A DNA stretch of 64,000 nucleotides from an uncultured delta proteobacterium (GTDB lineage: Bacteria; Desulfobacterota; Desulfuromonadia; Geobacterales; Pseudopelobacteraceae), in contig CAVYYZ010000011.1 in NCBI GenBank assembly GCA_963772835.1, positions 160,001 through 224,000 of the forward strand. The letters are read 5' to 3'. Numbering within the stretch: position 1 is the stretch's first letter; each line of letters starts with the position of its first letter. A program made the position numbers and the translations under genes. The notes beneath the pieces were generated by a model that saw nothing but the letters and a program-made list of their open reading frames with translations, was not told the origin of the DNA and did not search any database. Below, piece by piece: positions 49,627 to 59,840 of the stretch.

Positions 49627-50976
49627 ATGCGCAAGCTGCGCTTTGTTCTGGCAATGTTTGTGGTGGTATTTCTTGTTGCCGCCTCCGATTACGGGGAGGC
49701 GGCAACGCCTGTTACTATCGCACTGACCGGGCCATCTACGTATACCGTTACTGTTACCGATTTGCCTGAATCCTCTGGAATAGAACTGTCGATTTTGTAC
49801 GATACAGACACTCTCGAGTCTCCGCACGTGCAGTACGGAGGCCTGGTTGCCAGTGCATTCAGTAAACAGGCCAATGTTTCCACTGCAGGAGTCGTTCGGA
49901 TCTATATTTTTGCCTCCGACGCTATCAAGGGGACCGGTATGTTGGCAAGCATATTGTTCACAAAAAAAACCGGCACACAAGCAAAACTGAAAGGTTTTAC
50001 AGCGGATGTTTATTCCCTTGCGTACTCCAGGATACCGATAAATCCGATCATTGATGGAAATGCGGCTGCTTCAGGTCCGACATCACCTCTGGCACAGGAT
50101 AACCCGGTAAACGTTGTAAACCCATCCGGAAACACCATCGGAACCGCTACCCAAAGTTATACCGGGAATACGGCTACAAATACGACTGCAAACAGTACAC
50201 CCGGTTATACCGGGTCTATAAGTCTCTCCGATCCATCGCAACAGTCCGAACAAAAGAAAGAATCAAAAATACAGGAAAACCGGAGTGATAGTCAGTCTGG
50301 TTCCTCTCAACTGGACTCACCGATTCTGTCAGCAGAAGCGAAAGAGGCCACTCCGGCAGCAACGGCGCATGACTCAAACAATAAAGATGAATCACGCGCT
50401 TCACGATTACATACTTTTAAAGGTGTCCTAGTTCGCTTTCGTGAATACAGGGGACAAAGAACTCTCAAAAGTCTTACAGATCTGTTTGACGCACATGAAA
50501 GTAAAACTGCCGGAGTATTCCAGAGGCCTGCGATAGTTGTCTCTGACGGTAAATCCCTTGTTACAGTTTCGGTAGAGTTGCAGCATGAATCTGATGCTCC
50601 TGTTTTCTCACTTAAAGGAGCTAATCAGAAAACGATCAAGCGAATTTCTAAAAAAAAATGGGAACTTCAAGTCCTGCCTCAGAAGGGTAAGTACGATGTA
50701 CGCCTCTCAGTTCTCTTACAAGGTGAACGTATCGAATTCCCATTGGTTGTTGTTCCCGTACTCCATCTCCGGGAGGCGGTTATGGCTGATCTTTCTGCCG
50801 CTGAACTGGATGCTCTGCTGGCAAAACCTCTAAAAAACAACAAGCCGACTTACGATGTTAACTCTGATGGTAAACAGGATTATCTTGATGATTATTTCCT
50901 TGTTGCCAACTGGCTGCTAAAACACCAGCCCGGTGTTGAAAGAGATGGCAGAAGACCAGCCGTTGTCGGCAATTAA
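49627..50976 (+). CDS. Exported protein: N-terminal cohesin-like domain, low-complexity linker, C-terminal dockerin/EF-hand-like motif
   Basis: Signal peptide; SGIELSILYD..GVVRIYI..IKGTGMLASILF; S/T/N-rich linker; YDVNSDGKQDYLDD. Confidence 0.65.
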   Translation: MRKLRFVLAMFVVVFLVAASDYGEAATPVTIALTGPSTYTVTVTDLPESSGIELSILYDTDTLESPHVQYGGLVASAFSKQANVSTAGVVRIYIFASDAIKGTGMLASILFTKKTGTQAKLKGFTADVYSLAYSRIPINPIIDGNAAASGPTSPLAQDNPVNVVNPSGNTIGTATQSYTGNTATNTTANSTPGYTGSISLSDPSQQSEQKKESKIQENRSDSQSGSSQLDSPILSAEAKEATPAATAHDSNNKDESRASRLHTFKGVLVRFREYRGQRTLKSLTDLFDAHESKTAGVFQRPAIVVSDGKSLVTVSVELQHESDAPVFSLKGANQKTIKRISKKKWELQVLPQKGKYDVRLSVLLQGERIEFPLVVVPVLHLREAVMADLSAAELDALLAKPLKNNKPTYDVNSDGKQDYLDDYFLVANWLLKHQPGVERDGRRPAVVGN

Positions 50977-51941
50977 TGGCTCTCACAGCTAAAAATAAAT
51001 CCAGAAAAAAAACGTCCGGCTCTCGCGTAGCGGCACTGGTGATTTTTGCTCTGATTGCAGGAGCGGTGGCCGGTTATTTTTTTCTTTCCCCGTCCAGAAT
51101 GATTGTAGTGCCGCAGCGAAAAGCTGATTCTGCCGGAGTTAACCCGGTTACCCCCGATGCAACATTACCCCGTACTGTTCCACAGATACCCGTCGTTCCT
51201 CAACCATCAGGCGATAATCCCTCGACTGCTGTTACTCAGAAAAGTGAAAAACCAAAGACCGGGGTCAGGCTTGCAATTATTATAGATGATATGGGAAGCA
51301 GTATGTCAGAGGCTCGTTTACTGGCGGCCATCAAGGTCCCGCTGACCTTTTCCATAATACCCGGATTACATGCCGATAAGGCGGTGGCGGAGTATGCAGC
51401 TTCACATGCAATTGAGTCAATGATCCATATTCCGATGCAGTCCAAAGGGTGGCCGGCGCGCCGTCTTGAAGATAATGGTCTTTTGGTGGCCATGAATGCT
51501 GGAGATCTGCAAGAGCGGGTGTCACAGTTTGTTCAGCAGTTTCCCGGAGCGGTCGGTGTCAATAATCACATGGGTTCAGAATTTACGGAGCATGAGGAAA
51601 AAATGGAGGCTGTTCTTCAGGTGGTAAAGAAGAATGATCTGTTTTTTATCGACAGTGTTACGTCTCCGGAGAGTTCTGGGATGAGGGTTTCACAGCGGTT
51701 GGGAATTAAAGCTGCACGCAGAAATGTATTTCTTGATAATGAACAGGAGCGCACCTATATTCTTGGCCAGCTCAATCAGTCGGTCAGACTTGCCAGAAAA
51801 AACGGATCGGCGATAGCAATCTGCCATCCCCACCCGGTAACGATCTCAACTCTTGCCGGTGCACTTCCTGAACTTGCCGCCCAGGGTGTACAACTGGTCC
51901 CCGTGTCGCAGCTTGTTAAATGGGCAGGATTAATTCAGTAA
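50976..51941 (+). CDS. Divergent polysaccharide deacetylase (YibQ family)
   Basis: AIIIDDMG, HIPMQ, GVNNHMGS, FIDS, RNVFLDN, AIAICHP. Confidence 0.92.
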   Translation: MALTAKNKSRKKTSGSRVAALVIFALIAGAVAGYFFLSPSRMIVVPQRKADSAGVNPVTPDATLPRTVPQIPVVPQPSGDNPSTAVTQKSEKPKTGVRLAIIIDDMGSSMSEARLLAAIKVPLTFSIIPGLHADKAVAEYAASHAIESMIHIPMQSKGWPARRLEDNGLLVAMNAGDLQERVSQFVQQFPGAVGVNNHMGSEFTEHEEKMEAVLQVVKKNDLFFIDSVTSPESSGMRVSQRLGIKAARRNVFLDNEQERTYILGQLNQSVRLARKNGSAIAICHPHPVTISTLAGALPELAAQGVQLVPVSQLVKWAGLIQ

Positions 51942-53316
51942 ACTGCTTTTGCAGCCGGTGAATGGTTTTGTATGACTCTTCATGCAGGACGGCCTCCGGG
52001 TTGCACGGATCCACCGGATATACCGACAGCCAGCTCTCTTTCCGCAAGGCACCTTCGAAGCCCGCCAGAGCCTCGTTCAGCAATAGATATAAGCGATCAT
52101 GTACACCATCAAATACTCCGGCGTCAAATCCGGGCATCTCTACGTCCTTTTGAAGCAACTGTTCTCCTGCCATGCTGAATTGACGATAATCAAGTAGACA
52201 TTCATCAGAGGAGATCCGGGGCAACAGGACTGAGACGCCTCTGGCGGCTTTGTCGGCAACAAGCGCCCTGGCCGCATCGAACGTAGGATCAGTTTTCTGC
52301 AGCCCGTAAAGCGCGGAACAGAGCATATTACTGACGCACATGCCATGCAGAAAACCCCGGGCAGAACGATCGGACGTTTCAAAATAGAAACTGCGGTCGT
52401 CGGAGTGCTCTGCTAACTGTGCTCCACAGATAAGGCAGCGCTCGGCGAGACCTTCCAGTCGTGCCATATAAGACTCTTTTTTATCTGCCTCCTTTGCAAG
52501 AAGCCATGTGTGATAAAGGCACGCTCTCGTTTCATTGGTCGCCCTGAAGCTTCTGAGGATGTCACGGGTTATCTCCATGAACTGGTTATGTACTTCTGTG
52601 CCACGGGCGTGCGTCAGGATCGGATAGATTTTTCCTTCCGGATTTGTATTGAGGCTTTCAACTTTCGGACTTTTTGAAATATACGTGTCCATGCACCTGT
52701 AGCCTCGATTGACGGCTATGGCCCGCAGGAGAGTTTTTTGATCTTTGAATATCCCTTCAAATTTGATTCGCGAGTCGATCAGGCAGGGAATCAGAGCCAA
52801 TGATTTTTTATCAATTCCACGCTGTTCAAACAACGAGAAGATGTTCTTGCAGTTTTCAAGGCTCGGCAGATCCTTAACCGGAATCAACACCCGGTCAGCT
52901 GCATACAGGGCATTCTGGGTAAGTATGTTAAGATCCGGGCGCGTGTCAATGATTACAATGCCGGAGATGCCGGATTCTGCAAGCATCCGTGTTAAGGTCA
53001 TAGGGCCTTTAAATCGTTCATGGATATCGCCCAATTCGGTTGAAGAGCGTATATAGCCTACTCCGTATTGACCGGTCTGGACTACATCCCCGGCTTTTGC
53101 CCCCATTAGAAGGGCATGAACGTCCGGGACATCTCCATCCCGTTTTTGCAGTTCGAACATTTTGTCAATTGTGAAGTGGTTGTCAAATGAGAATAGTGTT
53201 ACCGGAAGTTCCTCGCACATCGCTTTCAGGTAAATTGCCAGATTGGTTGCGAGGGTGGTTTTGCCGACCCCCCCTTTTTCTGAAGAGATTGTTATGGTAT
53301 AAGGGTAGGCATACAT
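51916..53316 (-). CDS. ParA/Soj-family ATPase with a long C-terminal extension
   Basis: Deviant Walker A EKGGVGKTT, IIDTRP, NALYAADRVLIPV; about 200 extra aa containing CLICG..HGMC. Confidence 0.85.
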   Translation of the reverse strand: MYAYPYTITISSEKGGVGKTTLATNLAIYLKAMCEELPVTLFSFDNHFTIDKMFELQKRDGDVPDVHALLMGAKAGDVVQTGQYGVGYIRSSTELGDIHERFKGPMTLTRMLAESGISGIVIIDTRPDLNILTQNALYAADRVLIPVKDLPSLENCKNIFSLFEQRGIDKKSLALIPCLIDSRIKFEGIFKDQKTLLRAIAVNRGYRCMDTYISKSPKVESLNTNPEGKIYPILTHARGTEVHNQFMEITRDILRSFRATNETRACLYHTWLLAKEADKKESYMARLEGLAERCLICGAQLAEHSDDRSFYFETSDRSARGFLHGMCVSNMLCSALYGLQKTDPTFDAARALVADKAARGVSVLLPRISSDECLLDYRQFSMAGEQLLQKDVEMPGFDAGVFDGVHDRLYLLLNEALAGFEGALRKESWLSVYPVDPCNPEAVLHEESYKTIHRLQKQFTELILPI

Positions 53317-53450
53317 GAAATATAGTTCCGCCGTTAAGAGTGGTTAGTCGACTATCGTTTTTATGCAGGCGATACTAATCAATTTGGCGTGGCGGGTCAA
53401 CCGTTTGCTGGCAGATGCCGAAATGATTAAAATATTAATTAGAGTATCGC

Positions 53451-53478
53451 TTGCATCAGCCAAAAAATGATTTATAAT
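53451..53478 (+). promoter_or_regulatory. sigma70-type promoter of the M24 peptidase gene
   Basis: TTGCAT-16 bp-TATAAT. Confidence 0.5.
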
Positions 53479-53509
53479 TCAAACAGCTGTAAACATCCAG
53501 GAGAGTTTA

Positions 53510-54703
53510 ATGCGTTTAACGCCAGCTGCGGAGCTTGAATACCGCTGCAAAAAACTTCAGGAGTTGATGGTGTCGAACACACTGGATGCAGTTATTATCG
53601 TCCAGAATGCTGATCTGTTTTATTTTACAGGAACTGTTCAAAGCGGGAATCTGTACGTACCGGCATCCGGTCAGCCGCTCTACATGGTTCGCAAGGAATC
53701 CGGAAGGGCACGGATGGAGTCCGGACTCAAGGAAGTGCTGCCTTTCACCTCGATGAAAGACGTCCCTGCCATTCTGATGCAGTTCGGGTACCCTGAGCCG
53801 AAACGGATCGGGTTGGAGCTTGATGTCCTTCCGGTAAACCTGTTTGAACGATATCGTGCGCTCTATCCGAACGCGGATTTTTCTGACGCAACTCCGTTGA
53901 TTCGCACAGTCAGAATGCTCAAGTCACACTATGAAATTCATCTTATGAAGGATGCGGCCGATCAGGTAGACCGGGTTTACCAAAGTGCCAGGGAAGTTAT
54001 TCGTATTGGCATGACTGATCTTGATGTCGCGGCTGAACTAGAATACACGGCCCGCAAGAATGGTCATCAGGGTTTGATTCGTATGAGAGGGTTCAATTCT
54101 GACATCTTCTACGGCCAGATATTCTCCGGTGCCGACAGCGCCGTGCCGTCCTATACGGATTCACCGTTGGGAGGGATGGGACTGAATCCCTCGTTTAGTC
54201 AGGGGGCCGGACTAAAGATGATTGAGCCTCATGAACCGATCATTATTGATTTTGCGGGATGTGTAGACGGGTATCTGATCGATCAGACCCGCGTATTTTC
54301 TATCGGAGAACTGTCTGATCGTTTGCGCAGAGCGTATGACGATATGGTTGAGATCCAGTCTCTCATGATGAGAGTTGCAGAGGTTGGAATGAGCTGGGGA
54401 GCTCTGTATGACATCTGTTTCACCCGTGCCGTTGCAATGGGCTATGCCGACAGCTTTATGGGGGCAAAAGGTTCACAGGTTTCATTTATCGGACATGGAC
54501 TTGGTGTTGAAATAGATGAATACCCGTTTATCGCCCGAGGGTTTAATCAGATGCTGTTGGAACCCGGCATGGCGTTCGCGTTTGAACCGAAAGTAGTCTT
54601 TCCTGGTGAAGGGGCAATCGGTATTGAAAATACCTTTTATATGAGCAATGAAGGGCTTAAACGCCTCACCCACTCCAGTGACGAACTGGTAATTCTGAGC
54701 TGA
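53510..54703 (+). CDS. Xaa-Pro peptidase family (M24)
   Basis: Creatinase-like N-domain, D..GY..DQTR, GHGLGVEIDEYP, EPK, GIENT. Confidence 0.9.
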   Translation: MRLTPAAELEYRCKKLQELMVSNTLDAVIIVQNADLFYFTGTVQSGNLYVPASGQPLYMVRKESGRARMESGLKEVLPFTSMKDVPAILMQFGYPEPKRIGLELDVLPVNLFERYRALYPNADFSDATPLIRTVRMLKSHYEIHLMKDAADQVDRVYQSAREVIRIGMTDLDVAAELEYTARKNGHQGLIRMRGFNSDIFYGQIFSGADSAVPSYTDSPLGGMGLNPSFSQGAGLKMIEPHEPIIIDFAGCVDGYLIDQTRVFSIGELSDRLRRAYDDMVEIQSLMMRVAEVGMSWGALYDICFTRAVAMGYADSFMGAKGSQVSFIGHGLGVEIDEYPFIARGFNQMLLEPGMAFAFEPKVVFPGEGAIGIENTFYMSNEGLKRLTHSSDELVILS

Positions 54704-54763
54704 TTTCAAAGCACACATTTTTGTAATATTTTTAATAACAGATTTAAGATGGCAAAATTTTTG

Positions 54764-54816
54764 TTGCATTATTCGTATACGGTCGAGTATAACTTCCGTA
54801 CAAAATTGTATACAGT
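54764..54816 (+). promoter_or_regulatory. gltA promoter with two GTATAC-core palindromes
   Basis: TTGCAT 54764-54769 and TATAAC 54788-54793; CGTATACG 54774-54781; TGTATACA 54807-54814. Confidence 0.55.
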
Positions 54817-54929
54817 ATGCCAGAAAGAGTCCCGTTTCTCCCCGCTATTACGAATAAATCAGATGTTGGGAAGCCGAAAGAGCTTATTATCCGGGTTCAA
54901 CCCCACACCACAAAAAGGAGAGTAAAACC

Positions 54930-56258
54930 ATGGCCCTGAAAGACACGCTCAAGCTGAAGATTGAGGAACACCGTCCGCGCATTACCAGGCTGACTAAAGA
55001 GTTCGGCAAAGTGAAGATTGATGAAGTGACAATTGACCAATGTATTGGTGGCGCACGTGACATTCATTCACTCGTAACTGATATCTCCTACCTGGATCCG
55101 CAGGAAGGTATCCGTTTCCGCGGCAAGAACATTCCAGAAACTTTCGCTGCTCTGCCAAAGGCTGCCGGTTCTGCTTACCCGACCGTTGAATCCTTCTGGT
55201 ATTTCCTGCTGACCGGTGACGTCCCGACTGATGCCCAGGTTGCTGAAGTTGTCGCCGAATGGAAAACCCGCCAGGTTGTCCCTGCGTATGTATTTGACAC
55301 CCTCCGCGCTCTGCCGCGTGACAGCCATCCGATGGTTATGCTTTCCGTCGCTATGCTGACACTGCAGAAGGACTCCAAATTCGCCGCATTTTACGGTTCC
55401 GGCAAATTCAACAAGATGACTGCCTGGGAATACGTCTACGAAGATGCCTGTGATATTGTGGCTCGTCTCCCCATCCTTGCTGCTTTTATTTACAACCTGA
55501 AATATCGCGGTGACAAGCAAATCGCAATCGATCCGACCCTCGACATGGGTGCCAACTTTGCCCACATGATCGGTCAGAAGGATGAGTATAGGGATGTTGC
55601 CCGTATGTACTTCATCCTGCACTCCGATCACGAGTCCGGCAATGTATCCGCTCATACTACCCATCTGGTGCATTCGGCACTGTCAGACCCTTACTATGCC
55701 TACTCTGCTGGTCTGAACGGTCTGGCAGGTCCGCTACACGGCCTCGCCAACCAGGAAGTGCTCGACTGGACCCTCAAGTTCCAGGAAAAATACTGCAAAG
55801 GCGTCGAACCAACCAAGGAACTGATCAAAGCAGCTCTCTGGGATACACTTAACGCCGGCCAGGTTATCCCCGGTTACGGTCATGCCGTTCTGCGCAAGAC
55901 CGACCCACGCTATATGTCACAGCGTGAATTCTGCCTCAAGACTCCCGGTCTCAAGGACGATGCTCTGTTCAAGGTTGTATCCATGATTTTTGAAGTGGCT
56001 CCCGGTGTTCTCACTGAGCACGGCAAAACAAAGAATCCCTGGCCGAATGTCGACGCGCAGTCCGGCGTCATTCAGATGTACTACGGTCTGACGGAATTCG
56101 ACTTCTACACCGTCCTGTTCGGTGTAGGCCGTGCACTCGGCTGCATGGCAAACATCACCTGGGACCGTGGTCTCGGTTACGCGATCGAGCGTCCGAAGTC
56201 CGTTACTACCGCGATGCTCGAAAAATGGGCCGCTGACGGCGGTCGTCAGCTGTCGTAA
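54930..56258 (+). CDS. gltA: Citrate synthase (eukaryote-like type typical of Geobacteraceae)
   Basis: HSDHESGNVSAH, GLAGPLHGLANQEV, PGYGHAVLRKTDPR, NPWPNVDA, IERPKS. Confidence 0.97.
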   Translation: MALKDTLKLKIEEHRPRITRLTKEFGKVKIDEVTIDQCIGGARDIHSLVTDISYLDPQEGIRFRGKNIPETFAALPKAAGSAYPTVESFWYFLLTGDVPTDAQVAEVVAEWKTRQVVPAYVFDTLRALPRDSHPMVMLSVAMLTLQKDSKFAAFYGSGKFNKMTAWEYVYEDACDIVARLPILAAFIYNLKYRGDKQIAIDPTLDMGANFAHMIGQKDEYRDVARMYFILHSDHESGNVSAHTTHLVHSALSDPYYAYSAGLNGLAGPLHGLANQEVLDWTLKFQEKYCKGVEPTKELIKAALWDTLNAGQVIPGYGHAVLRKTDPRYMSQREFCLKTPGLKDDALFKVVSMIFEVAPGVLTEHGKTKNPWPNVDAQSGVIQMYYGLTEFDFYTVLFGVGRALGCMANITWDRGLGYAIERPKSVTTAMLEKWAADGGRQLS

Positions 56259-56282
56259 TTATCCGCTTCAGCAATTGGCAGC

Positions 56283-56320
56283 AAAGAAGGGACGCAGAAA
56301 TGCGTCCCTTCTTTATTTTC
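56283..56320 (+). terminator. Intrinsic terminator after gltA
   Basis: AAAGAAGGGACGCA-GAAA-TGCGTCCCTTCTTT-ATTTT. Confidence 0.88.
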
Positions 56321-56394
56321 CCGCTTGCAAAATAAAATAAGTGCGGTATAAAGGACAATATCTGTCGTATTTAAAAATGATCAAAGGGGGTATA

Positions 56395-56973
56395 ATGACT
56401 AATTTAATTAAAGGAACCAAAACTGAGCAGAATCTGCTCAAATCGTTTGCCGGCGAAAGTCAGGCCCGCAATCGCTATACCTATTTTGCCGGAGTAGCGA
56501 AAAAAGAAGGTTTAGTTCAGATTGCCGATATTTTTGAGGAAACGGCAAATCAGGAAAAAGAGCATGCCAAGCGTTTCTTCAAATTTTTAGAGGGAGGCGA
56601 TCTTGAAATAACCGCCTGTTTTCCTGCAGGGAAAATTTCCACAACTGCTGAGAATTTGCTTGCAGCCGCTAACGGTGAACATGAAGAACACACACTTCTC
56701 TATCCAGGTTTTGCGGCAACGGCCAAGGAGGAGGGGTTTCCGGCGATTGCCGCCGCCTGGACGGCAATATCAGTAGCTGAAAAACAGCATGAAAAGCGAT
56801 ATCGTGACCTATTGGCGAATATCGAAGCCGGACGCGTATTTACCCGGGACGGGGATGTTGTCTGGCGCTGCCGTAACTGCGGCTATCTTCACATCGGCAA
56901 GGCTGCTCCCGAAGTCTGTATAGCCTGCCTTCACCCCAAAGCACATTTTGAACTACTCGGAGAAAATTGGTGA
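56395..56973 (+). CDS. rbr: Rubrerythrin
   Basis: FAGESQARNRY, EKEHAK, EKQHE, rubredoxin-like CRNCG..CIAC. Confidence 0.95.
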   Translation: MTNLIKGTKTEQNLLKSFAGESQARNRYTYFAGVAKKEGLVQIADIFEETANQEKEHAKRFFKFLEGGDLEITACFPAGKISTTAENLLAAANGEHEEHTLLYPGFAATAKEEGFPAIAAAWTAISVAEKQHEKRYRDLLANIEAGRVFTRDGDVVWRCRNCGYLHIGKAAPEVCIACLHPKAHFELLGENW

Positions 56974-57019
56974 TTATCAGAGTCCTGTTGCAGGACAATT
57001 ACTATTAAAGGAGAAATAA

Positions 57020-57400
57020 ATGGCATCTTTACTTGAAGTTTACAAATGCAATCTGTGCGGTAACATCGTGGAAACTATTCATGCCGGTGCAGGCGAACTC
57101 GTCTGTTGTGGAGAAGAAATGGTTTTGCTGACAGAAAATACTGTTGATGCAGCAAAAGAAAAGCATGTGCCGGTTATCGTAAAAGTTGATGGTGGGTACA
57201 GAGTTACGATCGGCAGTGTGGCACATCCGATGGAAGAGAAACATTACATCGAATGGATTGAGCTGCTTGCCGATGGTAAAGCGTACCGCCAATTCCTTAA
57301 ACCGGGCGACATTGCTGAAGCATTTTTCTGTGTCACCGCATCCTCCGTGACAGCCCGCGAGTTGTGCAACCTCCATGGGCAGTGGTCTGCCCGTTCCTGA
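57020..57400 (+). CDS. dfx: Desulfoferrodoxin (superoxide reductase)
   Basis: [30 protein letters not shown]. Confidence 0.95.
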   Translation: MASLLEVYKCNLCGNIVETIHAGAGELVCCGEEMVLLTENTVDAAKEKHVPVIVKVDGGYRVTIGSVAHPMEEKHYIEWIELLADGKAYRQFLKPGDIAEAFFCVTASSVTARELCNLHGQWSARS

Positions 57401-57420
57401 TTTGTCCAAATAAATTGGTG

Positions 57421-57456
57421 ATGGCGGGAATCCGGTGACGGGTTCCCGCCATTTGT
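57421..57456 (+). terminator. Probable terminator after dfx
   Basis: ATGGCGGGAATCCG-GTGA-CGGGTTCCCGCCAT-TTGT. Confidence 0.7.
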
Positions 57457-57503
57457 ATGTTGAGCGCTTTACACAATTCTCTTGCTCATGTATCATCTCA
57501 CTC

Positions 57504-58652
57504 GTGAAGCGCATATTATCCCTCTACATAATTCGAGAAATTTCCTCGCTTTTCCTGCTTGGTATTATCATTTTTACTCTGGTTCTGCTGATGGGGCGCC
57601 TGATCACATTGACCGATCTTGTCGTATCGCATGGCGTGCCGCTGTCAGATGTCAGCAGGATGATTTTGTATCTCGTTCCGTCGTTTCTGGTTTTCACAAT
57701 TCCGATGGCATTTTTACTGGCAGTGCTGTTGGCGTTCGGGCGGTTATCGGCCGATAACGAAATTGTTGTTATCAAGGCAAGCGGCGTGAGCCTCATTCAA
57801 ATGTTGCCCCCGGTAATAATATGTGCACTGGTTGCTGTACTCCTCGCGCTGGGTGCCAGTACGATTGGTGCCCCCTGGGGCAACAGCGCTTTCAAGGAAC
57901 TAACCTTTCAGGTGCTGAAACGCAACATTACTGCCACTATTCGGGAAAAAACTTTCTGGGACGATATCCCGGGAATTGTCATGTATACCGATCAGTATGA
58001 TGAACAAAGCCATACGCTGAAGGGTGTAGTTATTCATGATGGGCGAAGTCCTGATCAGCCGATGACAATTTTTGCACGGGACGGAGTCGTTTCAAGTGAG
58101 CCTGGAAGCCAGTCACTCTTACTGTCTCTGCACAATGGTTCAATTCATATGGCCGGTACCGGCGGTCTCTACCGGTTGGTTCAATTCGGTGAATACGCCA
58201 TGTCGATTGGAGAAAAGGGGAGCAGCTCCGGAATAACCCGTAATGAGCCGGATATGTGGTTAAATGAACTTCAAAGCATGATTGATGACCCCGGCACCAC
58301 GAATAAAAACCGCCTGAAAAATCTTGCCGAGTTTCACAGCCGTTTTACCTTTCCATTCGCCTCGCTGGTTTTTGCATTCGTGGCGGTTCCTCTGGGTATA
58401 CAAAACCGTCGTGCAGGGAAATCGGGCGGTTTCACCATCAGTATTGCATTGATTCTCTTCTACTATGTTTTGATGTCTGTTGTGCGTACACTTGCGGAGA
58501 AGGGTGTTGCCCCCCCGGCTGTTGTTCTCTGGATTCCCAATCTGACTTTTTTGGGCATGGGCTGGTTCTTTTTACGAATGGCATCACTGGAGAAGATTAT
58601 TCCAATGATCTCTCTGAAAAAAATAGCCGTGTTTTTTCGGAGGGCATCCTGA
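57504..58652 (+). CDS. lptF: LPS export permease LptF
   Basis: YIIREI, GRLSADNEIVVIKASGVS, VPLG, WIPN; GTG start at 57504. Confidence 0.92.
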   Translation: MKRILSLYIIREISSLFLLGIIIFTLVLLMGRLITLTDLVVSHGVPLSDVSRMILYLVPSFLVFTIPMAFLLAVLLAFGRLSADNEIVVIKASGVSLIQMLPPVIICALVAVLLALGASTIGAPWGNSAFKELTFQVLKRNITATIREKTFWDDIPGIVMYTDQYDEQSHTLKGVVIHDGRSPDQPMTIFARDGVVSSEPGSQSLLLSLHNGSIHMAGTGGLYRLVQFGEYAMSIGEKGSSSGITRNEPDMWLNELQSMIDDPGTTNKNRLKNLAEFHSRFTFPFASLVFAFVAVPLGIQNRRAGKSGGFTISIALILFYYVLMSVVRTLAEKGVAPPAVVLWIPNLTFLGMGWFFLRMASLEKIIPMISLKKIAVFFRRAS

Positions 58653-58653
58653 T

Positions 58654-59733
58654 ATGAGTATACTCGACCGGTATATCGCCAGGACCTGGCTCCGCCTGCT
58701 TTCGCTCTGTCTGAGTGGATTTGTTGCGCTTTATCTGGTTATTGATCTGATTGAAAAAATTCCTCGATTTCTGCGTGCCGATGGGGCTGCAGGTGATATC
58801 CTGCAATATTTTATTTGGAAAATTCCTGAAATGATCAGCCGCACAGCAACATTTTCGATTCTTATGGCTACACTACTGACGCTCGGGGTACTGTCCCGGG
58901 ACAGCGAAATTATTGCCATGCGCAGTTGCGGTGTCAGTCTGTTGAAGATATCTCTGCCGATGCTGACTCTCGGATTTGTCGCCAGTATTTTGTTGTTGGC
59001 AAACGCCGAACTGGTCCTGCCGCACAGTTATGCACGCACTGAACTGATCGATCGTGTTAAAATTAAGAAAAAAGAAGATCGTGTTACGTTCAAACGGAAT
59101 AATATCTGGTTCCGCTCCCCGACGATGATCCTGCAGGCACGTATGTTTGATCCGAAAACACGGACGTTGAGTGGTGTCGTACTCTGGAATGTAGATAGCT
59201 TTATGAGTCCGGTCAGCAGGATTGACGCCGAGACGGCAGTCTATCGTGAAGGAGGGTGGGTACTGAATTCTACAACTCTGAAAAACTTCCAGAATACTTC
59301 TGGATATGAGACGAACTCTTCACAAAAGATGGAACTGGATCTCAAGCTTAAAATTGAGGATTTGCAGGTTCTTGATATTGATGCTGATAACATGAGTATC
59401 CGTACGTTGAGAGAATATGCAGAGAATCTTAAACGTGGAGGCTATCAGGCATACCGTTATCTTACGATGATGCACACCAAAATTGCCTCTCCTTTTGCGG
59501 CCCTGATAATGGTGCTGCTCGGAATTCCCTTTGCGCTGAAAAACAGTCGCTCCGGGGGTGTTGCCATGGGAATCGGTGCCAGTATCGGCATCGGCTTTGC
59601 TTATTTTGTTGTCAATGCAGTTCTTCTCTCATACGGCCGAAGCGGCGTCTTGAATCCGGTTGTTGCCGCCTGGGGGGCTAATGTCCTGTTTATGATGAGC
59701 GGAATATGGATGTCGATGTCAATTAAGGGGTGA
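58654..59733 (+). CDS. lptG: LPS export permease LptG
   Basis: ILDRYI, LSRDSEIIAMRSCGVS, RSGG, AAWGAN. Confidence 0.92.
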   Translation: MSILDRYIARTWLRLLSLCLSGFVALYLVIDLIEKIPRFLRADGAAGDILQYFIWKIPEMISRTATFSILMATLLTLGVLSRDSEIIAMRSCGVSLLKISLPMLTLGFVASILLLANAELVLPHSYARTELIDRVKIKKKEDRVTFKRNNIWFRSPTMILQARMFDPKTRTLSGVVLWNVDSFMSPVSRIDAETAVYREGGWVLNSTTLKNFQNTSGYETNSSQKMELDLKLKIEDLQVLDIDADNMSIRTLREYAENLKRGGYQAYRYLTMMHTKIASPFAALIMVLLGIPFALKNSRSGGVAMGIGASIGIGFAYFVVNAVLLSYGRSGVLNPVVAAWGANVLFMMSGIWMSMSIKG

Positions 59734-59840
59734 GTCACGTGCAAAGATTCTATGCTTTTACTCCTGGCAATGGAGTGAGACCATTCCGGGTTCATAATTG
59801 TGACAAGCCTGACTGTATCTAATTTATCGGGAGAGTTCAA

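Noticed and set aside
54930..56258. Eukaryote-like citrate synthase as a novel horizontal transfer
   Set aside because: A well-known feature of Geobacteraceae.
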